The position numbers were made by a program, and so were the translations under genes. Shown here piece after piece: positions 11,196-23,600 of a stretch of 64,000 bases of DNA. Source of the DNA: Hydrurus foetidus (taxonomy: Eukaryota); NCBI GenBank assembly GCA_900617105.1, contig UYFQ01000509.1, positions 1 to 64,000 of the forward strand. Direction: 5' to 3'. Under the pieces are notes generated by a model, which was given only the letters and a program-made list of their open reading frames with translations, made no database searches and was not told the DNA's origin. The first letter of the stretch is position 1. Every line of letters starts with the position of its first letter.

Positions 11196-14100
11196 GTGGA
11201 GGCGAACATGTCCGTGGGGATCGCAGCGGTGTCCGACTCCAAACGTGCACTCGACTTCCTCGGCAGGCTAGATCCCCGGAGGTTCAAAGTCATGATGGAT
11301 GATATGAAGCATGACGCACTCAGGCGCAAACCGGATGCATTCCCCAGCACACTAGCCTTAGCATTCCACATATCCAACCAATGGAACGAGGGAAACACTC
11401 CCGCACACACACCCGCGCCAGCACCGGCAGGGGTGAACGCAGCGTACGTTACCGAAGAAGTACACGTCACCATGGCCAAGGATACCGAGAAGAAAGCAGG
11501 GAAAGCCGGAGGGGGAAGCAAGAAATCCTTGGAGGATGTTGAATGCTTCAAGTGCGAGAAGAAAGGTCACTACGCGAGGAACTGCCCTCTGAGAAAACCG
11601 TCAGTGGAAAAAGTCCACGTCACGGCGACGGAGTCGGATAGCGAATACGAAGGAGAGACTAGCGAATGGGGTATAGCGCTTGTCGCAACAGAAGAGATGT
11701 GCTGCTTTACGAAATTCGATGTACTACTAGACAATGAGGCGTCACTGAACATATTCAGCAACCTGGAGCTACTAACCGACGTGAGAAAGTCAGACAAGAC
11801 TGTGAGAGTGAGTGGCATCGAGCAGGGTAGCGGCGTGTCGGTTGATCGAGAGGGAAACTTCGGAGAATTCGGAACGGTTTATTACAGCGGAGCAGCATCG
11901 GCGAATATCCTGTCGTTCGCATCACAGGTGGACTCGGGAGCCGAGATCAGATACGATCACGTGAGCGATTGCTTCACCCTGCAGCCGAAGGGGAGCACGA
12001 GGACATATCGATTCGGGAGGAAGCGTGTCGTCGGCAGTGAGGGAAGATTTTACTCCTGTGATTGGAGAGGAGTTGATCACGATCGGGCATTAGTTACAAC
12101 TGTAACCAAGAACCTGAAGTCGTTCACGAAACGCGAAGTGGAGCAGGCGAGAAGAGCTCGGGAGATGCTGGCGAGAATGGGATTCCCGACTGTAGAGCAA
12201 GCTATGTCGATCATCAACTGCGGGAGCAATTTCGATGTGACAGCAAGGGACTTTCAGATCGCCGACGCGATATGGGGGAAGGACATAGCCTCCCTGAAAG
12301 GAAAGACTACCAAGAGAGCTACCGCTATCGCCGACATAGCCATCAGCACAAAACTTGTACAAAGGGATCAGGTGTTGTCGATCGACATTATGTATTTAGA
12401 TAAATTAGCTATTCTAATCGGGGTGGCTACTCCACTGGGACTAACTATTGCATATAGTCTAAACGCAGCTGATCTGAAGAAGCCAGCTAGGACAGCTGGG
12501 CAGGTGAAGATTGGAATCAACCATTTCATCGGCGTCCTCGCGGCGCAGAATTTCAGGACATCCGTGATCATGAGCGACGGAGAGGGAGCAGTGGTCAGCC
12601 TTGTCGACGAGCTTGGGAAACTTGGAGTGGAGGTGGACATCAGCGGAGCCGGTGGACACGTCGCTAGGATTGAAAGAAAGATCAGGATTGTTAAAGAGAG
12701 AGTTCGCTGTCATGTAGCGTACCATCTTCCGTTCGTGTTGTCGACCGTGGGTATCGCGATGCTCGTACTGTACTGTATATCTAGGCTGAACTATGAACCC
12801 ACCGGTTTACGGGAACAGGGCCCCAGTCCGCGAGAGGCATTTATAGGCAGGAAACCAGACGGTAAGAGGGATTTTCGCTGTTCTTTCGGAGACTATGCAC
12901 AGTGTACTGTCACTAATACCGACTCAGGCATGGAGAGCAGAACAGAAGACTGTGTGGTGATGCTCCCACTAGGAAACCGCACCGGGTCGGTGCGAATGTT
13001 ATCTCTCAAAACAGGCAGACTAGATCAGTTCCGGATACTGCCGATGCCGGAGTCAGTGATTAAGCGCCTTAACGAGCTTGCGCTCGCTGACGGGAGAGCG
13101 AAAGGCAAGGGAGAGATATACGCTAAACCAACGTCATACGAGCAAGACGGCGGTCCAAAGTCGGATCTCCCCGACGCGATCAACAGCACTGTGAATGAAG
13201 GGGTCGACCCAGCGATACTTCCTCTCGACATCCATGACGACACCGACCTCATTGACACGACAGGTGAGGTACAGTACGACAATGGGGGTGAACATGGACC
13301 GGAATGGCAACATGATGATGCAGCTGTGGACGATGTAGAACTGCATGGAGATATCGTTGAGTACCCAGAGCCAGAACCACAGGAGCAGCCATATGGCTAC
13401 GACTACGAGATGGATAGTTTAGTCGACGACATGAATCGCATGCGTGCTGGACCGAGAGACCATGATGAAAAGGCTACTGAGAATATCGACTCGAGCGGAG
13501 TACCCACTGACTACACAGCGGGCGACGGCATAGACCATGACCACAGAGGCCCCAAGAATGCACTAGACCGTGCGGAGAAATTGCTAGCAGCACCGAGAAT
13601 TGTGCTTGAACGGGGAGTAGATAGACACGAGCTGATGGACTTCTTCAGAGTGAAGAGCGGGACAGCACTGCTAACCCGCAGCTACGAAGGGGACGGTGCA
13701 GAGTGGGGTGATTACGTGTTCAACATATCAGTCAACGAGGCGCTGCGCACAAGGGGTGACGCGGCGGTGAGCGTTATACAGAAAGAGCTCCAGCAAATGA
13801 TAGACAAGAAGGTGTGGGAACCAGTGTGCGTGAAGGGACTGTCAATGGAAGAGAAACATAGGATCATCAGGTCGAGTATGTTCCTGAAAGAGAAGTTCCT
13901 AGCGAGCGGAGATTTTGAGAAACTAAAAGCGCGACTTGTCGCAGGAGGTAACCAACAAGATCGTGACCTATATGATGACTTATCTGCACCCACAGTGGCC
14001 ACCAGCTCGGTGTTCGCGCTACTGAGCATAGCGGGACATGAGGCGCGGAGGATCACGGTGATCGATATCAGTGGAGCGTTTTTGAACGCGGACATGACAA

Positions 14101-15330
14101 CCGGACTCGCGGTGCACATGCGATTGGATAGGAATATGACGAGCATTATGACACGGCTGTCTCCGCGGTACTCGCAGTTCGTGGACCATAAGGGGTGTGT
14201 CGTGGTGAGGCTTGACAAAGCCCTGTATGGGTGTGTGGAGTCGGCAGCCCTGTGGTACGAAAACCTGAGAGGAGGACTGTCGGACATGGGATATATACCA
14301 AACGCGCACGACATGTGTGTCTTCAACAAGAGCGACGAGTATGGGGTGCAGTGTACCATTGCTGTGCATGTCGATGACCTCATGATCACGAGTGTCAATG
14401 GGGCGATGATTGAAGAGGTGGCGAACGGATTGATAAAGAGGTATGGCGATATCACCAGGAAGGATGGCCCTGTAGTGAACTATCTAGGTATGGTATTCGA
14501 CCTTTCAATCGTAGGTGTTGCCAGAGTGTCGATGACCGGGTATGTCGAGGACATGCTGAAGGAGAGCGGGACAATAGGGGGTGCGAGGACACCGGCCACA
14601 GAGGGGCTATTCGACACGAGGGATGATGCTGAACCAACAAGCGAAGAGGACCGAGTCAGGTTCCACCGCCTGGTGGCCAAGGGTCTGTACCTCGGGAAGC
14701 GTGCGAGGCCCGACTGTATGACCGCTTTGGCATTTCTCGCGACCCGAGTGACGAGATGCACAGCGGACGATCTGATGAAGCTGGAGCGGCTGCTCAAGTA
14801 CATCAATGCGACGAAGGACCGAGGGATAGTATTCGCACCGGGGAAGCAGGGGATCAGTGTCAGCGTGCTGATAGATGCAGCATACGGAGTACATCCGGAC
14901 GGCAAGTCCCATACCGGAAGCTGTGTGGTGGTAGGAGAGCTGGGCGCGGTGCACTCGAAGTCAGCGAAGCAGCAAATTGTGACCAAGTCGAGCACGGAGG
15001 CGGAGCTGGTTGCCCTTTCTGATTCAACTAACCAAGCATTACACATGAGACAATTTATCATAGGGCAAGGACATGCGTGCGGGCCGGTGACGGTGTACCA
15101 GGACAACATGTCTTGCATGGCTCTGATCGAGAGAGGGCGGTCAGCAGCGGAGCGCACGCGACACATAGCGATCAAGTACTTCTGGCTCAAGGAGCGGGTG
15201 GACCAAGGAGAAGCGAGAGTGCGGCACCTTGGAACTAAGCACATGTACGCCAACCAATCCGCTGCAGGGGGCACAGTTCAAGTCAGAGAGGCAGGCACTC
15301 ACCCGATGGGACCAAGAGATAGTAGTTTAG
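11196..15330 (+). CDS. pol: Copia gag C-terminus plus pol (protease, integrase, RT, RNase H); small frameshift near 15250
   Basis: CFKCEKKGHYARNC knuckle, LLDNEAS protease, integrase IDIMY/SDGEG/IERKIR, RT KARLVAGG/DISGAFL/KALYG/HVDDL, RNase H IDAAYG/SSTEAE/YQDN. The C-terminus continues in a shifted frame as PLQGAQF...TAG at 15330. Confidence 0.95.
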
Positions 15331-15398
15331 ACAATGTTTAATTAAAGACTTATGCGTGATGCGTGAATAAGAGTTGATTGTGATGCGGCATAGGGGTG

Positions 15399-15737
15399 TG
15401 TTGGAGATATCTGAGTTTATGGCACGAACACAATCAGTGTACTTATGCATTCGTACGGTCGTACGGATTATTATGTGTGTGTGTGTGTGTGTGCGTACAT
15501 GCGTGACGACGATGAATGGATCCGTGCATCGTCACTGAATACTTCAACTGTAGTGTTTGACTGAATGTTGTTGTTGCGTTGAAAGGGACTCGGGGACTTC
15601 AGCAGGGATGAAGCACAGTCAATTAACAAGTGATTACTGATTAAACCAAGCTTATTTCACGAGCCCTGACCGAGAGATCTTCAACAGCTGTACCGCGAGA
15701 GGCAGTACGTGACTGCGAAACCGAAGATCCGTCAACA
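15399..15737 (+). repeat. Copia 3' LTR (339 bp)
   Basis: Direct repeat of 3288-3624, followed by TSD CCGAC. Confidence 0.97.
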
Positions 15738-15861
15738 CCGACAGCACACGAAGCTCTTATCAATGGAGGTATGTACAGTCTGACCAACATCGTGCAGCGT
15801 CGCTAGATGCTGCGGCTGCTCTATCATCGAGTATGTGCAAAAGCGTAGTCAAGAGTGGGAC

Positions 15862-17385
15862 ATGAATTTGAAGGTGTTGTTTCCTTCAAGTGCATTGAGA
15901 TGTTTCCTATTTCTAGGCATTTCCTGCGTAGCATACAATCTCTACTGTGTATTCAGTAATCCGTATGAGCCTCATAGGATAAAAGGCAGTCATGCCTTGC
16001 AATTGCGTGGCGAAGCAATTGAAAACAGTGATGGAGGTCGCGATTACGCTAATTTTCTGATAGCCTCTCTCGAGGCTCTGACGAAAACTACTGAGGAAAG
16101 CAGTCGATTGATCACTAAAATCAAGAGATCGAACGGTCACAATTTCGACAGCAGCCAGCAGAAGCTGCTATCGCAAGATGTGTTCGAGAGTAACGAAGCT
16201 GAGGAGCAGAGATGGAGCACTCAGCTACTCTCAAAACTTAAGCGCATACGTAAACCATCCAGCTTGGGGGGAATATTCTTGTATCATATGAGGAAAGCCG
16301 CAGGTACCACAGTCAGAGACCTTTTGATAGCGGCCAGTGGAAGATGGAATACCTCTTTTTATGAAAGTGAGGGTCGCTCGTTGAACAAATTACTCCTAGA
16401 CCAGAATGTTCTTCTAGTGACTTCCCTCAGAGATCCTATAAAGAGAATATACAGTCTGTACTGGTACGAACATGTTGGTTGGTTCGATGGAGTTCTTCAT
16501 GAAACTGAAAAATGCAAGTCTTTCTTGACATGGATTGAAGGATGGAGAGACGGATCTGAATGGAAAAACAATTTTATGCTAAAAAATCCTAGGAGTGTAT
16601 ATATTGAAATAGAAAATTACTATGTGAAGGCTTTGAGTGGATGGATAGGCCCTGCACCTGTTGGTGAAATGGATTTCAAGATGGCGATATCAGCGCTGGA
16701 CAGATTCGATCTTGTGTTTGTCACAGAGTGGATGGACCGATCGGATCAAAAAGAAGCAATGAAATTGCTCTTCTCAATATCACTGGATAATACAGACAAT
16801 CTCAGAAATCAAAATTCTGGAATGGTACCTGGTACACATGGAGTAGGACACGAGTTGCAAGGAGACAAATCAGTGAGAGATCGGCTATCACCCTCACTGG
16901 CAAGCAATCAGGTAAAGGCGAAGTGCTAAAATGTGTGATGTCAGTTAGGAATCAAATATGAAATACAACTAAAGAATTTTTCATACCTCCTAAATTACTG
17001 ATGATTTAACTCATCTATCTAATCTGAGATCTCAACAATATTATCTTTATAGGAAGAAATTGAGAAATTACTCGTAAGTATTAACAGCTACGATATCCGA
17101 CTATGGGAATACGCCCTCAAAACGCTAAAAGTGAAACTGCCGCTCGTAGCATTCACAGCAAAGAAGGTTCTTCACAATACGCATACGAGTTCTGAGAGTA
17201 AGACATCATACACCGCGCATATCCTTAACAGCCTTAAATCGAAATCTATCGCTACTGCTGGGAATGGTGTGGAATCTTCAGAACATTCTTCGGAATCTTC
17301 TTCAGTCTACCAGAAGACCCTGGATCCAGGCCTCATAAAAGACATCGGAATATTCCGACCCCCGGGACATAAGGGCCCATTTTAA
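15862..17385 (+). CDS. Type II membrane (Golgi-type) sulfotransferase, 2 exons (intron 16912-17052)
   Basis: N-terminal hydrophobic anchor, 5'-PSB-like HMRKAAGTT, 3'-PB-like LRDPIKRIYSLY, and C-terminal NSYDIRLWEYA after the GT-AG splice. Confidence 0.82.
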
Positions 17386-18551
17386 CATCTTAGCTTTAAC
17401 TCTTTGAACGATCGCGTATTCATAAAAGTTCTTTCGGTTGAGGGGATATTTTCAAAAGTCTTTAAAACGCTGAATTACTCGAGTAAGAATGCAGTAATTG
17501 ATTTAATGGCGTTGCATGCTGTACTCAAAATCTACGTACGTACTCAAAAATTTTGGTATAACACTGTAATTCACATAACTAAAAAATTGCGGTTTTGCGT
17601 TGTATTTTGAAGATCGCTTTTCTATTCTCCGGATGAAATTGTCGAGTGATTGAAATAACTTCATAAGACATGCGTTGAGGACGATACACTGAATTTTTTC
17701 TTTTTGATTTACTTTTTGAATAATGTCAACCACTGAATGGACAATCTGAGGCAACAGTATAGTCTAGAATAAACACTATTCCAATGGAGTAAAAAATTCA
17801 TGTGAAGATTTTAAAAGGAACAGCAGGGTGAAGAGACTTTCGATAAAAACTTCTGAGAAATAAAATTGATTTACCTCGTAATAGTTTTATTTCCGTCATG
17901 AAATTTTTATTAGGTGCAATACGGTATATCTCTACATACCACTCACGATATTGTACTTTATAGGATTGTTTAATATATAATATATGATGTCATGTTCACA
18001 ATGTCATATTCATCACATAGTATCGATAATGTTATATTGATTATGTTGCATTGATAGTGTCATATTTACTATGTCGTATCATGTTGGTTAAATTACATCA
18101 ATCATGTAATGTTGTTAACGATCATTCCTCTAGATCGAATAAATCTTGCAATCTCACAGTTCCTAAGCTACGGACCCTGAACTCATCACCCCTAAAATTC
18201 AGCAATTCAGGCACCTAATGTGGCAATTCACTTTTCACATATTAGCTACACTTAAAATGTAAAAACGGGCTAGGAAGGTTCCTAATCCATATCGATTGAG
18301 CTAGAGATGTGTTTACATGTGATTGGTAGTGAAGCTAGAATTCTGATTCGGAATCGCTACTATTTCATCCTGTTTCCAATCCGATTGTTATGCACTTTTC
18401 TTGACACTGTATTCCAGAAGGATCCGTCACAGTATTTATTTCATGACCGATGGCAACTATCGGTTGAGCAGATAGGATGAAATCGGATCACATTTAGATA
18501 ACTTTAGTTCAGAACCCTGCTATTTTAGCATCGTAGTTCCACTTGAGAATT

Positions 18552-19120
18552 TCAATAGGGCTGGCGTGAGACAGGCTGGCCAAGCTGAAAGTCGCGGAAC
18601 TGCACTTGCAGTCCAGCACGGGAGGGCGAGCAGGCCATTGGACCGGTTGTGACCGTTAGGTCGGGGGGAAGTACGCCAGTCGGAACATCTTCCACTCTGA
18701 TTCAAGCCGATACTGCACCCACACCGCATCCCCCATACGGGTCAGACGCAGACCCAGCCAGCCGGTAAACCCCGGCAGCGGCATCTGTGACCAGTCGGAC
18801 TTGCCGTTGGTCACCACTGTGGCCAGATGGGCCACGCCGTTCACATGCTCGATGCCGGCCTTGATCCAATGGCTGTCATCCGCACGGAGGTATAGCCCAG
18901 CCTGATCATATTGCCCTTCATAGTCCGCGGTGAAGCTGACCTCAACCGAAAACTCTGCGCCCGCTGGAGCCATCAGGGCATGGCCGTTGTCGTGGTCGAA
19001 GCCGTAGAAGGTCTCGCGCCAGAAATCGCCTTTGTCGCTGGTGGTCACATGCAGCGTGTCACCCTCATACCGGCTAGCAGCGGGGGGGTTTAACCAGGTC
19101 ATGCCATCAGTCCATGTCAT
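18552..19120 (-). CDS. DUF1349 / Ree1-like (concanavalin A-like fold) protein, intronless, bacterial-like; one frameshift in the G6 run near 18665
   Basis: WLNPP, DFWRETFYGF, YDQAGL, WIKAGIE and VVTNGKSDWS motifs. Restoring one base continues the frame as FPPDLTVTTGPMACSPSRAGLQVQFRDF...PY-TGA at 18552. Confidence 0.88.
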
Positions 19121-19737
19121 GTTTCTTTTTACTTTTGCTTGGATTGCCTGACTATTACGGTATGCGGTGCCGTTGATCAATGCCAGATGGGCGTTTCAAA
19201 AGATCTTTTAGCACTAAAGTACGATATTTTAGCCAAAAATAACAAATAACTAAGGGGAAATTCACGGATCCAGGGATCGATCCTTCCAAACTTTCGCTCG
19301 AATATTTTGCAGAAGAAGCCAAGAACTTGCCAAGAAGAGTATTTTGAGTAGAAGAACGACATTGCTCATTGTGATTTACGCATCGCTCTCGTGAAAAGTC
19401 ACCTTCGACAGCGTCTGAGACATTTTCCTGCGTAACTCATTGTAACTTATCAAGTTTGCACAGAAACAGTGGAGTAAAATTTCTCCTAGCAGATCTGAAA
19501 TATCAAATCGTCGATCAGATTACTAGTTTTACTTTCATCATCCTGGGGAACATCTTCCTCCATCCTCGACAATTTCAACAGCGAAGTCATCTGTGATCGC
19601 TTCAGTTGCTCCGTGTTTCGATAGGGAATTATTCATTTTGAGAAGAAATGACCCAGATGTGCTAGACAACAACTTGGCGACATTACAGATTACAGATCCT
19701 ATAATCGATCCCGACAATTACTCGTCCTCCGATCGCG

Positions 19738-20657
19738 ATGAAGAGATCCCTTCTTGGAGTTTTTCTTGTGTGTTTGGCTGTAGTGTCCTTCGCTAGGATT
19801 GACTCGGAGGACAAATCTTTCCAGCGATCTCAGCGATCATGCCAATCCGAGAAATTTAGAGAAAATTACGACGAAAACTTTAAGGGACCTTTTATTGTTC
19901 ATTTGCACAGCACTCATACACACGATGATTTCGAGAGAAATGTCAGGCAGCTACAGGATGATCAGTATCCCTTTATAGCTCAGTACAAGGTAAGAAATTA
20001 ATTTGGTCTTGCAAAATGTTCGTCTTGACTGGTGAATGACTATGCTGACCTCTTTTCAGCCTAAATTGTGCATAGTCATGTAGTTTGCCCCACTATTTCT
20101 GTCTTTCTTGCGAGGCATCCTTCGAATAAACTTCACATCTGTCGCTGAGAGAATAAGATCCGATAGTGACTGTTGATGAATCTTCTCTTCTCTTTTCTTT
20201 TACTCTGTGCAGCAGAAGAAATTACACTCGATATACGCACATGATTTTCGTCGCAAATACTGGATGTCTTACGATGTGTTTATGTCATGAAAGTGCAGCA
20301 TGTGATGCCTTCTATACATGTTTAATAAAAGTAAATGAAGGTTTCATCAAATCGCTTTTAATTCTTACCTAAAATAGATTTAACAGTCATATCAATTCAT
20401 TTGCTGACTTCTCGCATTCTTCTCTTTTCACACTTTGTTCCCTTTTTCCTTTTTTCCTTTTTTCCTTTTTCAAATATAGGCAGTGGTGAGTCACAGATAT
20501 CACAGTGTTTTACACGGAGTAGCGATTGAAGGAATTACGAAGAAGGAATTAGAAAAATTACCGGGTAATATCTGTTTTTAAATCGTTTCTTTTGAACTCG
20601 CTTATTTATTTTTTCTTTTATTTACGTGCTTATTTATTTATTCATTTATTCATTCAT

Positions 20658-20692
<35 letters not shown>

Positions 20693-23600
20693 TCTATTTG
20701 GATGTTGTCCAGTACTATTAGGCTCCATTACAATGACTTTACGAAGTCAGGGACTTAATACGATTAACTAAACGGATTAACTCAACGAAACTGCACGCTT
20801 CATTTCTTCAACGACTGTTAGACAGGGCATTCTAATTATTTTGAACCAAAATGTTGGACATTCCTGCTAAATGAGTTTATTGCTTCTCTCGTGTCCCTTG
20901 ATTCATTTCATCTTACAGCACTCGTCTCATTAATTGGAAAAACACCATCCAACTCAGTGAATATTGATAAAAAAAACATGCATTCCTCACGTATTTAGGT
21001 GTGAAAAAAGTTGTGGCAGATTCCATTAAAAAGATCCTAAGTCCACTCGATAGAAGTTACAGCAACAACATTCAGAATTTGGCTAACTTTGAGAAAAGCA
21101 ATCCGTCTGTCAGAAGCGCTCTTCCTCCTCCTATCAAAAATAATTCGAAAATTTCAATATTTCCTCCCTGGGGAATAGATCGACTGAATAATCCTTCCCT
21201 TCCTCTTGACAAGAAATACAAAGCAGATTTCACAGGTGATTGTTTTATCTTACTATTATCATTATCATCATCAATTCATCTTATCATTTTCGTTCTGAAT
21301 ATTTCCAGGTGCGCACGCGGAAAACAGGAATTACGATTTACAATACATAACTTTTGATATAATATGTATTCCGTATTTTAGAAAATCATACACACTTTGA
21401 TTATCGTTTTTGGTCCTACATTACTACGTGATGTACAATACTCCACCTTTCATACCATAACTGAGGCACGAACATAACAGTACTTGCACAATAAACAAAA
21501 TCAGGCAAGGATGTGGATGTCTTCATAGTCGACACCGGCATCGACACTACTCACTCAGAATTCAAACAAATACCCGGTGGACACGTACGTACGGTAAAGA
21601 ACATTTACGACTACTACGGTGGCTCGGGTCCAGTTGGGAAGAACATCGATACGGAAGGGCATGGAACTCATGTAGCCGGTGAGTCTCATATTAAATATTG
21701 TTCATTCATACAGCTTTTTTTACACTAATTATTTTTGTATAGAATATGAGATATGAATATACGCATAGTGAAATTGAAAAGCACTTAATTTTGTTCAATT
21801 GTCAGTGTCCTATCCGAGAATTTTTTTTTATTGTTCAGAGATTCTGTTTTTGGCATGGAGCCGGAAAACGATCATCTCTCGATACATTCTGATCACATGA
21901 TTTTTCTCCATCAAACGTCTAATTTAATTTTCAATCATCTGATTTAATTCTCAATATTTAATCATAGGAACTGTGGGAGGGAGGAACACAGGTGTATCCC
22001 CAAATTGCAATATGTACGGATTAAAAGTCCTGAACGATAAAGGAGAAGGAACGGTCAGTGTCATTTTAGGAGCCCTAGATTTCATTCTTAAATTTGTGCG
22101 GGAAAGTGGCAGGAGAAGTGTTGTAAGCATGAGTCTTGGCGGTCCTTGCGAAGTCAATGGTAAATTTGAAATATTTTGCACTGCTGTTTAATCGTTTAAT
22201 CACTGATTTTTGTGCTTTATTTTTGGTACTTTTGATTATTTTCACTTTTTATCTCTTACTATTTAATGACTGGCTTTGATGAGTGTTTTACTGAATGTGT
22301 TCTGATTTATTATCTCGTATTATTTTATCTCAGATCATTTTGTGTGTGTGTTTTTTTTCAATTTTTTCCCTTGTAGTCTGCAACAAATCCTATGTCATTG
22401 CTGTTACATTTTTGCTCCTTTCTGGATTGCATGGCATCTACGGAACTCGTACAAGTCGATAGTGCGTAGATCCTGCGTTTGCAACATAGTGACTATCACA
22501 GATCATCGTTGAATCGATCTGTTATACTCCCCCCAACAACCGTAGAGCAAGATTTCAAATGTCCTATTACTCGTGTTCTAATATCTTATTCTCTTCCAAT
22601 TTAATATGCCAATTTTGATGTGAAATCTATTTATTCTATTTGACTCTAATCTATAGCAACCCTCCTTCAACATCAAACGGAACACTAAAAATCACAACAC
22701 ATCCCTCACCTTCTTATTCCATAAATCACAGATTGTTCTGAAGACTCTCTAGTGAGCGCTGTCGCATCCGTGACTTCAGCCAATATCGCTGTCAGCGTTG
22801 CTGCGGGAAATGAAGGTAATCAATAATTTTTGTGCGGAAGTGAAAGAATAGATCATCCTCAGTGCACTTACACTATCTCCAACAAGTGTCAGTGCACATG
22901 AAAATTTTAAATAGTCCCCAGCACACCGACAATATCCACCACTGAAAAGCAAGAAAGTCGACAAGTTTCTCAAAATTGAATCATGATTTCTTGATTTTTT
23001 TACAATTTCGGGACTCTCAGTGGTGGGTATCATTCTCATGCTGGGGATATTTTGCACTTCTACTCGCATTCTCACACTTGTTGCAAATTGTGGAATTCGA
23101 ATACCTTGGAGATTCTTGTTGTACGGTTTCCGCTCTGGATTTTTTTAGATAACTTACAACTTCCTGGCTGACGAATAATTCTTGCACCATTTTTTCATCA
23201 ACAGATGCGCTATGAAATAGAACTGATAGGATTGATTTCATAATCATCTCAACATAATTCTTACCCTGTCTATATTGTCAGGGTGCAACGCTTGTCGAGG
23301 TTCTCCTAACTCTGCGCCCTCCGCTATCAATGTTGGCGCCACCGACATCAACGATAAAGTCGCTTACTTCTCAGATATAGGTGAGATAGTTAATCGACAA
23401 TTGAGTAGAATGGTATGTAGAACGCGGTAGAGAACATATGAATGGATATTGGTAATGGTTTACATTCAAGACATATTTACAACTGTAACAGTAAGTGCAC
23501 AGAGTGACCTTAGAGCAAGAGTTTCTCAGTAGCATGATAGATAATGACCTGAGAGAGAAGACATGGCTGTGCGTTCTCTATTTATCCGTGATATTTTCCA

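Larger units (their letters stand above)
3288..15737 (+). mobile_element. Ty1/Copia LTR retrotransposon (CoDi/stramenopile-like), full length, interrupted by a nested Gypsy element
   Basis: LTRs 3288-3624 and 15399-15737 (TGTTG...CAACA), TSD CCGAC at 3283-3287 and 15738-15742, purine tract AGGGGTG before the 3' LTR, domain order gag-PR-IN-RT-RNaseH. Confidence 0.97.

Noticed and set aside
13712..15274. Long antisense ORFs (247 and 264 aa) opposite Copia pol
   Set aside because: Shadow frames of a GC-rich coding strand; no motifs of their own.
17824..18519. CAGGGT...ACCCTG possible transposon ends beside the DUF1349 gene
   Set aside because: Only 6 bp of inverted match, no TSD, and the ends do not enclose the gene.
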